A stretch of 64,000 nt of DNA, taken from assembly GCA_963678065.2 (NCBI GenBank), contig CAXXVZ010000005.1, positions 1,088,001-1,152,000 on the forward strand, read 5' to 3'. How positions within the stretch are numbered: the first letter of the stretch is position 1; every line of letters starts with the position of its first letter. The notes under the pieces are model-generated. The model saw nothing but the letters and a program-made list of their open reading frames with translations. It did not search any database and had not been told where the DNA came from. This document shows, piece by piece, positions 8,645-17,954 of the stretch. The position numbers were made by a program, and so were the translations under genes. Origin of the DNA: Treponemataceae bacterium (GTDB lineage: Bacteria; Spirochaetota; Spirochaetia; Treponematales; Rectinemataceae).

Positions 8645-11151
8645 GTGTCCCCGTAGCTCGTCCGCGCGATTATCTCATCCTGGAGATCGTTGGCCAGCTC
8701 GACGAAATAGGCGGTGTAGCCGGCCACCCGCACCGTGAGGCTTCGCCATTCTTCCGGATGGGCCTTGGCGGCGAGGAGGTCCTCCTTGCGCACCACGTTG
8801 AACTGGACATGGTTGATGTGGAGCTGGACGAAGGTCCGCAAGAGGCTCGCGAATTTGCCGATGCCCTCCTCGGTGCGGAAAAATTCCGGAAGGAATTTCA
8901 TGTTCAGCAGGGTGCCGTTGCTGCCGTCCGCGGCATCGATCCGGGAAACCGAGCGGAGCAGGGCCGTCGGGCCGGCGCGGTCGCGGCCGTACATCGCCGA
9001 CATGCCTCCGTCGGCCAGGGGATCCTTGGCCTTGCGCCCATCGAGCGAAGCGCCCACGTTCTGCCCCATGGGGACGTGGGCAGAGACGGTGTAGAGCCCC
9101 GAATGGTAGATGCCGCCGCGGGCGTTAGTGTAGGCGCTAAGCTTCTTGGCGAAATAATCCACCCACTTCGCCGCGATGGCGTCGACCCACTCGATGTCGT
9201 TGCCGTATTTCGGGACCTTGTTGATGACCCGCTGGCGCAGGGCCTCAGCGCCGTCGTAATTGTTCCTGATCGCGGCGAGCAAGTCATCGGCGCGCAGGCT
9301 CTTGTCCTCGTACACGCACCTCTTCGCCACCGCCAGGCAGTCCGCGACATTGGCCACCTGGATGGCCTGGATGCCCGACAGATTGTATTTGGCTCCGCCC
9401 GCGGTGACATCGAGGGCTTTTTCGGCGCAGCCGTCGATCACCGACGAGAGGAAGGGCGAAGGCAGGAGCTCGGCATGGAGACGGTCCACAAAATCGCAGG
9501 CCACGATCATGCGCTCCACGAAATGATCCATCTGGCGCCGGAAGGCGTCTTCCAGCTGCGCGTAGGTCCCGTAATCGCCGAAGGAACCCAGATCGAGGCC
9601 CATTTTCTTGCCTGAGAGGAGACATACCCCGTTGTTGAGGGTCAATTCCAGGGCCTTGACCATGTTGAACATGGCGGCGTCGCTCCAGCCGAGGCTGTTT
9701 CCCTGGGAGGTCAGCTCCACGCAGCCGACGATGGCGTAGTCCATGGCGTCGTCGTGGGAGAGCCCTCTCGCCTCGAGCGCCGGGATGATGCTCTCGTCGT
9801 TGAAAATCTGTGGCATGCCAGAGCCGAGGCCGATGACTCTGGCGCATTCCCGGACGAATTCCCCGGAAGACTGGCTGGACAGGCGGGCGGAAAGGTTGGG
9901 CTGGGGGAGGCCGATCTCTTCCTGGGCCTTGAGGAAGAGAAAGGAGAGTTCGTTCGAAGCGTCGACGCCGTCCCGGGTCAGCCCTCCACAGGCGAGGTTG
10001 AAGCCGATGGGGAAGCCGGCGAAGTACCGGGCGCTGCTCGAGCTGCGCAGGTAGACGATCTGGTTGAACTTGAGCCAGAGCGCCTCGATGATCTCCAATG
10101 CCCCGGACCGATCGAGGACGCCTGCCGCGATGTCCCTTTCGTAATAGGGAAGGAGGTACTGGTCCGCCCTGCCGGGCGAGAACGAGGAGGCGTTCGATTC
10201 GAGCTGCAGGAGCACGAAGAGGAACCAGAGCGACTGGATCGCGTCGTGGAAGGAGACGGCCGGCTGCTGTGCAAGCCTTTCGCAGCGGGCGGCCACAGCC
10301 TTCAGATTCTCCCTTTCGTCGGCCGACCCCGCGCTGTCCGCCATCTCGGCGGCCCTGCCTGCGTACCGGCGCATGAAGTCCATGGCCCCTTCGAGCACGA
10401 TGATCGCGCCCCGGTAGAAATTGACGGCTGGGGTCGCGGCCCCAGCCGCGGCGCAAGCCGAAGCCTCGGGGGAGGTGCCCCGCGGCGCGCCCTGCGATGC
10501 TTCCGGTGACGCGCCCTGTGAGACGACCTGCGACGCGCTCTGCGCTGCTTCCGGCGAGACGGCTTGCGACACGCTACGCATGCGCGAGAGCATGTCGTCC
10601 CGGATCCCCTTGGGCCCGAGCGCCAACCAGCGGGCGACGTCGGGGCAGATATGGCCTTGGGCATGGTCGGTCTGGTTAATCTTGACGACCTTGCCGATGG
10701 CGCCGATTTCCTCGCCGATCGCTTCCTTCACCTTGTCCTCGAGCGACTTTCCTTTCCAGAAGGGCAGAATCTCGCGGCGGAAGGTTTCGATATCCTCGGG
10801 TCGGACATTGAACTTGTCCTGGGGTCGGTTCGGCAGCTTCTCGATCTCGTCGTCGACCCAGGAGATGCCCGCGTCGGGTGAAACCACGCCGGCCCTGACA
10901 CCGGCCGTCCGGTTGCCAACCACCAGTTCGAGAGGATCGATCCTGATTCGGATGGCCCGCATGGCCTGGGCCAGGGATTCTGCCCGCTGGATAGTGCGCG
11001 GCTTGTCGGGATTCTGGCGATAATACTCGGTGACGATTTTCGCCTGTTCCACGGAGAGATAGCGCGGCTCATCCAGCATGCGCTGCTTGAGCGCCATGAT
11101 CCTCTGGCTGCTCTTCAGTTCGCGGATGCGTAGGATCGTCGCGGTTTCCAT
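8641..11151 (-). CDS. pflD: Glycyl radical enzyme, PflD-like
   Basis: NQTDHAQGH, ESNASS, SSARYFAGFP, GCVE and C-terminal VRVAGY match my recollection of E. coli PflD. Confidence 0.8.
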   Translation of the reverse strand: METATILRIRELKSSQRIMALKQRMLDEPRYLSVEQAKIVTEYYRQNPDKPRTIQRAESLAQAMRAIRIRIDPLELVVGNRTAGVRAGVVSPDAGISWVDDEIEKLPNRPQDKFNVRPEDIETFRREILPFWKGKSLEDKVKEAIGEEIGAIGKVVKINQTDHAQGHICPDVARWLALGPKGIRDDMLSRMRSVSQAVSPEAAQSASQVVSQGASPEASQGAPRGTSPEASACAAAGAATPAVNFYRGAIIVLEGAMDFMRRYAGRAAEMADSAGSADERENLKAVAARCERLAQQPAVSFHDAIQSLWFLFVLLQLESNASSFSPGRADQYLLPYYERDIAAGVLDRSGALEIIEALWLKFNQIVYLRSSSSARYFAGFPIGFNLACGGLTRDGVDASNELSFLFLKAQEEIGLPQPNLSARLSSQSSGEFVRECARVIGLGSGMPQIFNDESIIPALEARGLSHDDAMDYAIVGCVELTSQGNSLGWSDAAMFNMVKALELTLNNGVCLLSGKKMGLDLGSFGDYGTYAQLEDAFRRQMDHFVERMIVACDFVDRLHAELLPSPFLSSVIDGCAEKALDVTAGGAKYNLSGIQAIQVANVADCLAVAKRCVYEDKSLRADDLLAAIRNNYDGAEALRQRVINKVPKYGNDIEWVDAIAAKWVDYFAKKLSAYTNARGGIYHSGLYTVSAHVPMGQNVGASLDGRKAKDPLADGGMSAMYGRDRAGPTALLRSVSRIDAADGSNGTLLNMKFLPEFFRTEEGIGKFASLLRTFVQLHINHVQFNVVRKEDLLAAKAHPEEWRSLTVRVAGYTAYFVELANDLQDEIIARTSYGDT

Positions 11152-11217
11152 ATGACAGCTCCTTCCTTTACGGGTCGCTTGCACGGATTCAGGCCGCCGA
11201 TGTCTCGACGCTCGGCA

Positions 11218-12180
11218 TCAGACGAATTCCCGTCTGCGCTTGTTGCCGAAACAATCCAGCCAGATGATGGCCACGATGACCGCGCCCTTGAGCAGAACTT
11301 GATAATAGGAGGTGATGTTCAGCATGTTCATGACATTGTCCAGCAAACCGAACACCAGCAAGCCCAAGGCCGATTGGGGGATGCCTCCGATGCCGCCCGC
11401 GAAGGATGTGCCGCCGACGACGACGCCGCAGTTGACGACCAGGGCGGTCGTCTCGCCGTAGACCGGGGAGCCGGTATTCAGTTTGGAGGACAGCAACACC
11501 CCGGCCAGGGCGGCGGCGATCCCGCTGATCACGAACCCTATCCATTTCGTGCGGATGACGTCGATGCCCGAATACAGGGCGACGTCGTAGTCGCCGCCGA
11601 TCGCGTAGAGGTTGCGGCCGAACTGCGTATACCGCATGAGCCAATAGCAGATCCCGAGACAGACCAGCATGATCAATACGAGGTTCGGCATTCCGTAGAC
11701 ATCGCCGTTGCCGATCATCATGAAATCGGGATTCTTGGCGGGTATCGGATGGGCGTCGGTGAGCTGCTGGGCGATGCCCGTCAACAGCAAGCCTATGCCC
11801 AGGGTGATGATGAAGGGTTCCGTCTTCTGCTTGACGACGAGGAAGCCATTGATGAATCCCACGATGGCGCCGAAGATGACTCCGACCAGGATGGCGAGTC
11901 CCATGGGCATGACATCGAGCAACTTGATGGTGAGGATGCCGGAGACGACCATGGTGCCGCCTATCGAAAGGTCGCAGCCGCCCGAGATGACCGTGAAGGT
12001 CACTCCGAAGGCCAGGATGAGGAGGATGGACGTCGAATTGAGCATGTCCAGGAGATTGTAGGCCGTGTAGAAGTTGGACTTGGAGAAGAGCATGCCGGCC
12101 AGCATCACCAGAATGGCGATGAAGGCCTTCTGCTTCGTCATTATCTTGTAGAGCCTCGCTCCGATTCCTGATTTTTTCAT
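11218..12180 (-). CDS. Sugar ABC transporter permease (RbsC-like)
   Basis: Start MKKSG. GGCDLSIG, GRNLYAIGG, VVGGTSFAGG motifs; multiple TM segments. Confidence 0.9.
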   Translation of the reverse strand: MKKSGIGARLYKIMTKQKAFIAILVMLAGMLFSKSNFYTAYNLLDMLNSTSILLILAFGVTFTVISGGCDLSIGGTMVVSGILTIKLLDVMPMGLAILVGVIFGAIVGFINGFLVVKQKTEPFIITLGIGLLLTGIAQQLTDAHPIPAKNPDFMMIGNGDVYGMPNLVLIMLVCLGICYWLMRYTQFGRNLYAIGGDYDVALYSGIDVIRTKWIGFVISGIAAALAGVLLSSKLNTGSPVYGETTALVVNCGVVVGGTSFAGGIGGIPQSALGLLVFGLLDNVMNMLNITSYYQVLLKGAVIVAIIWLDCFGNKRRREFV

Positions 12181-12191
12181 GGCAGCTTCTC

Positions 12192-13166
12192 CTACGCTTG
12201 CTTGCGGTTGTCGAGCCAGATGGCGAAGACCAGGATCGCGCCCTTGACTGCATATTGCATGTACGACGAAACACCCAGCAGGTCCAGGCAGTTGGACATG
12301 AGGATGACCAAAAGGACGCCCATCACCGTGCGCAGGACTGAGCCCTTCCCGCCCTTCAGGGTCGTGCCTCCCACGACGACGGAGAGGATGGCATTGGTCT
12401 CGTAGCCTGCGCCGATGACCGGGGCGGCCGTCGTTATGCGCGAAAAGAGCACGATCGCTCCCACGCCCGCCATGAAGCCGCAGATGGTGTAGATCACGAC
12501 TATGGCGCGCGACACCTGCACGCCGGCGAGGCGGGCGGCCGTCTTGTTGCCGCCCGTCAGGCACATGGCGCGGCCTTCGGAGGTCTTGGTCTGGAAAACC
12601 CAGAGCGCGGCGAGGCAAACAAGGAAGATCACGAAGGACACGGACAGGAACCCCACGTTCCCCCCGCCGATCGCCTCGAAGATCGACTTGCTCTTCGATA
12701 TGTCCCAGAAATGCATGGTGGAGCCGTGGCTGTAGAGCAGGGCTATCGCCGAGTAGACCGTGCTCATGCCGAAGGTGATGAAAAGGGCTTCGGCCTGGGT
12801 CAGGGCGCCCGAACTCAGTATCAGGACACTGTTCAGGACACCGCAGACCGCCCCGATCGCCAGTCCGATCAGCAGTGCCGGCATCTGGCCGAGGGGCTGG
12901 ATGAGGGAAATCGTCACCACCGCCACCAGGTTGATCGTTCCGGCCACTGACAGGTCGATGAAACCGCCGATGATCACGAAGGTCATGCCGAGTGACACCA
13001 TGATCAAGGGCCCGAACTGGCGCATGATGTTCACCAGGTTCGCCCCGGACATGAACTTGGGCTCGACGATCGCCGTGATCGCCACAAGGGCGACGATCAT
13101 CACCAGGACAAGGTAATCCCTCAGGATGGCGCTGCCGGTTTTTATGACAGTATTTTTCTCCTGCAT
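12192..13166 (-). CDS. Sugar ABC transporter permease (RbsC-like)
   Basis: GGFIDLSV, AARLAGV, VVGGTTLKGGKG motifs. Confidence 0.9.
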   Translation of the reverse strand: MQEKNTVIKTGSAILRDYLVLVMIVALVAITAIVEPKFMSGANLVNIMRQFGPLIMVSLGMTFVIIGGFIDLSVAGTINLVAVVTISLIQPLGQMPALLIGLAIGAVCGVLNSVLILSSGALTQAEALFITFGMSTVYSAIALLYSHGSTMHFWDISKSKSIFEAIGGGNVGFLSVSFVIFLVCLAALWVFQTKTSEGRAMCLTGGNKTAARLAGVQVSRAIVVIYTICGFMAGVGAIVLFSRITTAAPVIGAGYETNAILSVVVGGTTLKGGKGSVLRTVMGVLLVILMSNCLDLLGVSSYMQYAVKGAILVFAIWLDNRKQA

Positions 13167-13168
13167 GA

Positions 13169-14668
13169 TTATTCACATCCTCCAGGCATCCCCAACGCGG
13201 CGCCCATTATCGCGTCGGCCTTCGTCGTTTGGGGATCGAATTCTCCGGTAATCCGGCCTTCGAAAATAGTCAGCACGCGGTTGCTCATATTCAAAACCTC
13301 GGGGAGCTCGGAGGAGATGAGGATGATCGCCCCGCCCCGCTCCGCGATATCTTTCATGAGCATATAGATTTCGTACTTGGCGCCGACGTCGATCCCCTTC
13401 GTGGGTTCGTCCATGATGAAAATGCTGGGGGAAATTTCCAGCCAGCGCCCGACGATGCATTTCTGTTGATTCCCGCCCGAAAGGTTGCCGACGGCGACCT
13501 TGGTCGAGGGGGTCTTGATGGCGAGGGCTTTGACCTGCCTCGCCCCGATGCCCTTCTCGAGGGACTTCCGGATAAAGCCGAATTTCGAGAAGTTCGAGAT
13601 GCTCGCCATGGAAATGTTGGATTCCACGGAAAACGGCAGGACGAGGCCCTGGAGTTTCCGGTCTTCCGGAATGAAACCGAAGCCCGCGTTCTTGGCGTCC
13701 CTGGGATTCCGTATGGTGATGTGCTTGCCTTCGATCAGGACCTTGTGTCCCCTGACCTTGTCGGCGCCGAACAGCGCGCGGACGATCTCGGTCCGGCCAG
13801 CCCCCACCAATCCCACGAGGCCCAGTATCTCGCCTTTCTTGAGGGTGAAGGAGATGTCGTGCAACTTGTGCGTATTGATGGAACGGACCTCCATCAGAGT
13901 ATCTCCGACGGAGCGCGGACGCTCCGGATACTCGTTCTCGATCGTCCGTCCGATCATCATCGTGATCAGATCGTTTCGCGTGAATTCGACCACCGGCTTC
14001 GTGTCGATGACATGGCCGTCGCGCATGACGCTGACGATGTCGCAGAACTCGAAGATCTCGTCCAGCTTGTGGCTGATATAGATGATGGAGATTCCCTGCT
14101 CTTTCAGTTGGTGGATTATCTTGACCAGCTCGCACATCTCCTCGCCCGTCAGGCTGCTCGAGGGCTCATCCATGATGATGAGTTTGGACTTGAAGGAGAG
14201 CGCCTTGGCGATCTCCACCATCTGCTTTTCCGAGACGCTCAGCTCGGACACCATTTTGGTCGTGCTCACCTTGCTGCCGATGCTCGCAAGGAGCTCCCTG
14301 GCCTTGGCGTGGGTGCCGCGCATGCCCTTCATTTCCTTGAAGCGGCCCAGAAAGACGTTCTCGCCTACGCTCATCGTGTTGACGAGATTGAGTTCCTGGT
14401 AGATTATCGCGAGTCCGCTCTGCATGGACTCCTGCGGCGTCGTGCGCTCGATGGTCTGGCCGTCGAAAACCACAGTACCTGAGTCCTTCTGGTAGACGCC
14501 GGACAGGATCTTCATCAAGGTCGACTTGCCCGCCCCGTTCTCGCCGACGATGCCGTGCACCATGCCCCGCCTGACCTCAATGGACACCTTGTCCAATGCC
14601 CGAACGCCCGGGAAGGATTTGCAGACATCCTTGATAGCTAGTATTACTTCTGACCCTACGGTATCCAT
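13169..14668 (-). CDS. Sugar ABC transporter ATP-binding protein (two-domain, RbsA-like)
   Basis: GENGAGKST, MDEPS, LSGGNQQK, DEPTKGIDVGAK. Confidence 0.95.
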   Translation of the reverse strand: MDTVGSEVILAIKDVCKSFPGVRALDKVSIEVRRGMVHGIVGENGAGKSTLMKILSGVYQKDSGTVVFDGQTIERTTPQESMQSGLAIIYQELNLVNTMSVGENVFLGRFKEMKGMRGTHAKARELLASIGSKVSTTKMVSELSVSEKQMVEIAKALSFKSKLIIMDEPSSSLTGEEMCELVKIIHQLKEQGISIIYISHKLDEIFEFCDIVSVMRDGHVIDTKPVVEFTRNDLITMMIGRTIENEYPERPRSVGDTLMEVRSINTHKLHDISFTLKKGEILGLVGLVGAGRTEIVRALFGADKVRGHKVLIEGKHITIRNPRDAKNAGFGFIPEDRKLQGLVLPFSVESNISMASISNFSKFGFIRKSLEKGIGARQVKALAIKTPSTKVAVGNLSGGNQQKCIVGRWLEISPSIFIMDEPTKGIDVGAKYEIYMLMKDIAERGGAIILISSELPEVLNMSNRVLTIFEGRITGEFDPQTTKADAIMGAALGMPGGCE

Positions 14669-14689
14669 CGCTTAACCTCGATTGGCTTA

Positions 14690-14730
14690 ATAAAAATCGG
14701 CTCGTTCCGCTTGAGGGCGAAACGAGCCCT
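14690..14730 (-). terminator. Intergenic stem-loop after the binding-protein gene
   Basis: Minus strand GGCTCGTTTCGC..GCGGAACGAGCC followed by ATTTTT. Confidence 0.55.
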
Positions 14731-14751
14731 TTACATTTGCCTAACCTGATC

Positions 14752-15696
14752 TCACCACTCGGGCATGTCGAATTCGCCTGAATCGATCAGGGCCTTGTCG
14801 ACGACAGTCAGCGGGACGAAGTTGACGGGCTCGACCTTCTTGCCGGCCACTACGGCCTTGGCAAGCTCGAGGTCCTTCTTGGCCATGACGGTGAAGTCCT
14901 GGGCTATGCTGACGGACTGCTCGCCGCTCTGCACCTGGACATAGCCGGCGCGGTTGCCGTCGACGCCGACGATGAACAGACCGGTAATTCCGGCGGCCTT
15001 GGCTGCCTGGAGAACGCCCGTGGCGCCGTTGTCCCAATGGCAGAACACGCCCTGGATGTCTTTGCCGTACTTGACGATCATGTTCTCCATGATGGTCAGG
15101 GCTTCGGAGGTGGACCACTGGGTGCAGGCCTTGTAGTCGATGACCTGGATCTTCGAGCCCTTGATCGCGGCGTTGAATCCGTCGTGGCGCTTGATCTGGG
15201 CGTCGTGGCCGGCCTGGCCGCCGATCTCGACGATCTTCGCTCCGTTCGGGAACTTCTTGATGAAGGCCGCGGCAGCCTGCTGGCCCGCCATGGTGTCGTT
15301 GACGCCGGCGTAGAAGTCGCGGAACTTCTGGTTCGCCGCGGCCAAGTCCGACGAGAACATGCCGACGATGATGCCCGCCTGCTTGGCCTTCATGAGGCTG
15401 GGGACGATCGCGTTGATGTCGTTCGGGTTGAGAAAGATGACCTTGAACTTCTGCGCGATGCAGTTCGTGACGATCTGGGACTCGGCCTGGGTGTCGCCCT
15501 TGGCGTCGAAGGTGTACATGTCGAAACCGTACTCAGCTCCGTACTTCAGGAACTGCTTCGACGAGAAAGCCTGCGACTCGTTGGCCATGTTGGAAATGAT
15601 GAACGCCGCCTTTAACTTGGCCTGAGCGCTCACTCCGGAAACCACCGCGACCAGCAGCACGAGAGCGATGACCAACGCCTTTTTCATTCTTACCAT
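14752..15696 (-). CDS. Sugar ABC transporter periplasmic binding protein
   Basis: Signal peptide MKKALVIALVLL..SAQ and periplasmic binding protein type 1 motifs (RHDGF, IVGVDG). Confidence 0.9.
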   Translation of the reverse strand: MVRMKKALVIALVLLVAVVSGVSAQAKLKAAFIISNMANESQAFSSKQFLKYGAEYGFDMYTFDAKGDTQAESQIVTNCIAQKFKVIFLNPNDINAIVPSLMKAKQAGIIVGMFSSDLAAANQKFRDFYAGVNDTMAGQQAAAAFIKKFPNGAKIVEIGGQAGHDAQIKRHDGFNAAIKGSKIQVIDYKACTQWSTSEALTIMENMIVKYGKDIQGVFCHWDNGATGVLQAAKAAGITGLFIVGVDGNRAGYVQVQSGEQSVSIAQDFTVMAKKDLELAKAVVAGKKVEPVNFVPLTVVDKALIDSGEFDMPEW

Positions 15697-15977
15697 TCTG
15701 AACCTCCTCTCACAGCGTGAAATATCATACAGTGAGTTTTAGAACTCACATGTAAGCGAAAATTCGACATCCAGAAATTTCAAAAATTGTAAATTTAATT
15801 TCATTCGAATCATAATTAGTATCGAATGAAGCATACGATGGGGACCTATCTGTGGTTAAATCTCGTGGCTTACAGGACATACGCCCCTCCAAATCTTCAC
15901 TAAAGTCATGATACAGCACTTTGGGAAGTTGAAAAGGGCGAAAACTGCACGAAGAGGAGGACAAAACTGAACAACGA

Positions 15978-16793
15978 TCAAGTAGCCTGGTATTTCCTGC
16001 GGAACTGGCTCGGGGTGAGCGAGGTTATGCTCTTGAAGAGATGGCTGAAGTATTTCGCGTCCTCGAATCCGAGAATGTCGGCTATCTCCTCCATGGAGGC
16101 CGATTTGATGAGAAGCAGATGCTTCGCTTTCTCGATGCGCACGGCGTTGCGGTAGCGCATCGGCGTGGTGCCGAGGTGCTTCCTGAAGAGGCGGGAAAGG
16201 TAGGAAGGAGTGACGTAGGCCACATTCGCGAGCGTCTCCACGTCGAACGCTTCGGTGCAGTGCTCGTCGATATAGGCGCGGCAGCGGTCGAGGGCGGCGC
16301 ACTTCGACGGGCCGACGAGCATGAGCTTCTGCTCGATGAAGAGGAGGATCGACCTGAGCAGGTGCTCCTCGAGCTCGAGGAAGTGCTCTCCACGCCGAAC
16401 GTGGTTCCTGTGGGCGCTCTGGCAGAGCCAGCCGAGTTCTCCGTCGTCATCGCTGAGCTTGAAGGAAAACGGGAGCGTGGCCTTGGAGCCGAGTTCGAGC
16501 CAGAGGCAGACGATCTCCTGGCGACTCGTCGCGTCGAGTATCTCCCGGTGTATTACTCCAGGGGGATAGGCCACCAGGTCGAAGAGTGCGACACCGAGAG
16601 TCTCCCCCCCTGTCGCGACGCTCGCCTTGCCCTCGATGAAATAGATGAGCTCGAGGTAAGGGTGGGAGTGATCCTTCAGATTCCATATCTTGCTCTGCCC
16701 GTCGAAGCGCTCGCAAAACTTCAAAGATATGGACCCCTCCCTGGCCTCCCTCAAAAAGTGTAACACCTCTTTCTTCGCGGCATCGGTCAGCAT
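15978..16793 (-). CDS. AraC-family regulator with cupin domain
   Basis: HSHPYLEL cupin motif; C-terminal YLSRLFRK...GFEDAKYFSHLFK..TPSQFR. Confidence 0.92.
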   Translation of the reverse strand: MLTDAAKKEVLHFLREAREGSISLKFCERFDGQSKIWNLKDHSHPYLELIYFIEGKASVATGGETLGVALFDLVAYPPGVIHREILDATSRQEIVCLWLELGSKATLPFSFKLSDDDGELGWLCQSAHRNHVRRGEHFLELEEHLLRSILLFIEQKLMLVGPSKCAALDRCRAYIDEHCTEAFDVETLANVAYVTPSYLSRLFRKHLGTTPMRYRNAVRIEKAKHLLLIKSASMEEIADILGFEDAKYFSHLFKSITSLTPSQFRRKYQAT

Positions 16794-16966
16794 GTACGTG
16801 GCCCCTCGGGAGAAGGTCTATCCCGGCTCGCATGCCCAGTCCCCTGCGCATGCCAGTATTCAATATCGGCAATTCAGGAGCGTATATTGAAATCAATCGA
16901 TCGAGCCTTCATTGACGCCTTTTTTTACGCTTTCTTCGGCGCCGCCGACGATGAGTGAAGCATAAT

Positions 16967-17016
16967 AATTTCATATGAAATTTTACATTGACTAAATGTA
17001 ACTATCGAGCTATATT
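16967..17016 (+). promoter_or_regulatory. Sigma70-type promoter with two operator-like palindromes
   Basis: TTGACT(16988)-17 nt-TATATT(17011). Perfect palindrome AATTTCATATGAAATT at 16967-16982. TTACATT-N5-AATGTAA overlaps the -35. Confidence 0.7.
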
Positions 17017-17023
17017 CAGCCCG

Positions 17024-17953
17024 ATGATATTCGATATCCAGAGATTCTCCACGCACGACGGGCCAGGGATCCGGACGGTAGTCTTTTTCAAGGGCTGCCC
17101 GCTGGCCTGCGCCTGGTGCGAGAACCCGGAGAGCCAGTCGTTCAGGCCGGAATTGCTCTACACACGATCCCGCTGCGTCGGCTGCGGCTCTTGCGTCGTG
17201 GCGGCCAAGGGTGGAGCAGTAGATTTGGATCCGGCCGGCGGAATCCTCATCGACCGCAGCCTCGAACCTCCGCCCGAGCTAGGGAATGTCTGTCCGGCCC
17301 TGGCCCTGAGAATCGCCGGGAGGGAAACCGGCGCGGGCGAAATCATGGCCGAGGTCTTTAAGGACAGAAGCTTCTTCGCCAAATCGGGCGGCGGGCTCAC
17401 GCTCTCCGGCGGCGAACCGCTCGCTCAGCTCGATTTCGCCATGACTCTCCTCGAGGCCGCGCTGGCCGAGGGGATCGACATCGCCATCGAGAGCTGCCTC
17501 TCGGTCCGCAGGTCGGCCGTCGAGCGGGCCGCGGCCCTGCCGCTTCACTGGCTTACCGATCTCAAGCACACCGACGCCGCGGCTTTCCGCGCCGGAACAG
17601 GCGGCGACGTCGCCATTCCGCTCGCAAATCTGGAATACCTTGCGAGCCTCGGCGCCGACCTCACCATCCGCGTGCCCGTAATCCCCGGCTTCAACGACGA
17701 CGAAGTCTCGATGGCCGGGATTCTCAAGTTCGTCGCCGGGCTCCCGCCACCGCCCGGGGGATCGGCCTACGACCGGGCCTCCGGTCGGCGCCGTGTGGAC
17801 CTGTTGCCCTACCACGATCTCGCCGCCGGCAAGTACGCCGCTCTGGGTCGAAGCTACGCCTTCCCCCCGGGGACGAAGGTGGAGGGCGCACACATGAAAG
17901 ACTACGCCGAGCATGGACGATCACTCGGCCTTGAAATTTCCATCGGAGGATGA
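17024..17953 (+). CDS. Glycyl-radical enzyme activating enzyme
   Basis: IFDIQRFSTHDGPGIRTVVFFKGCPLACAWCENPE, SGGEP, LLPYH. Confidence 0.93.
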   Translation: MIFDIQRFSTHDGPGIRTVVFFKGCPLACAWCENPESQSFRPELLYTRSRCVGCGSCVVAAKGGAVDLDPAGGILIDRSLEPPPELGNVCPALALRIAGRETGAGEIMAEVFKDRSFFAKSGGGLTLSGGEPLAQLDFAMTLLEAALAEGIDIAIESCLSVRRSAVERAAALPLHWLTDLKHTDAAAFRAGTGGDVAIPLANLEYLASLGADLTIRVPVIPGFNDDEVSMAGILKFVAGLPPPPGGSAYDRASGRRRVDLLPYHDLAAGKYAALGRSYAFPPGTKVEGAHMKDYAEHGRSLGLEISIGG

Positions 17954-17954
17954 A

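Noticed and set aside
11218..13176. 652-aa ORF as a fusion protein
   Set aside because: Only 11218..12180 is a permease; the upstream part is an alternative frame over the other permease.
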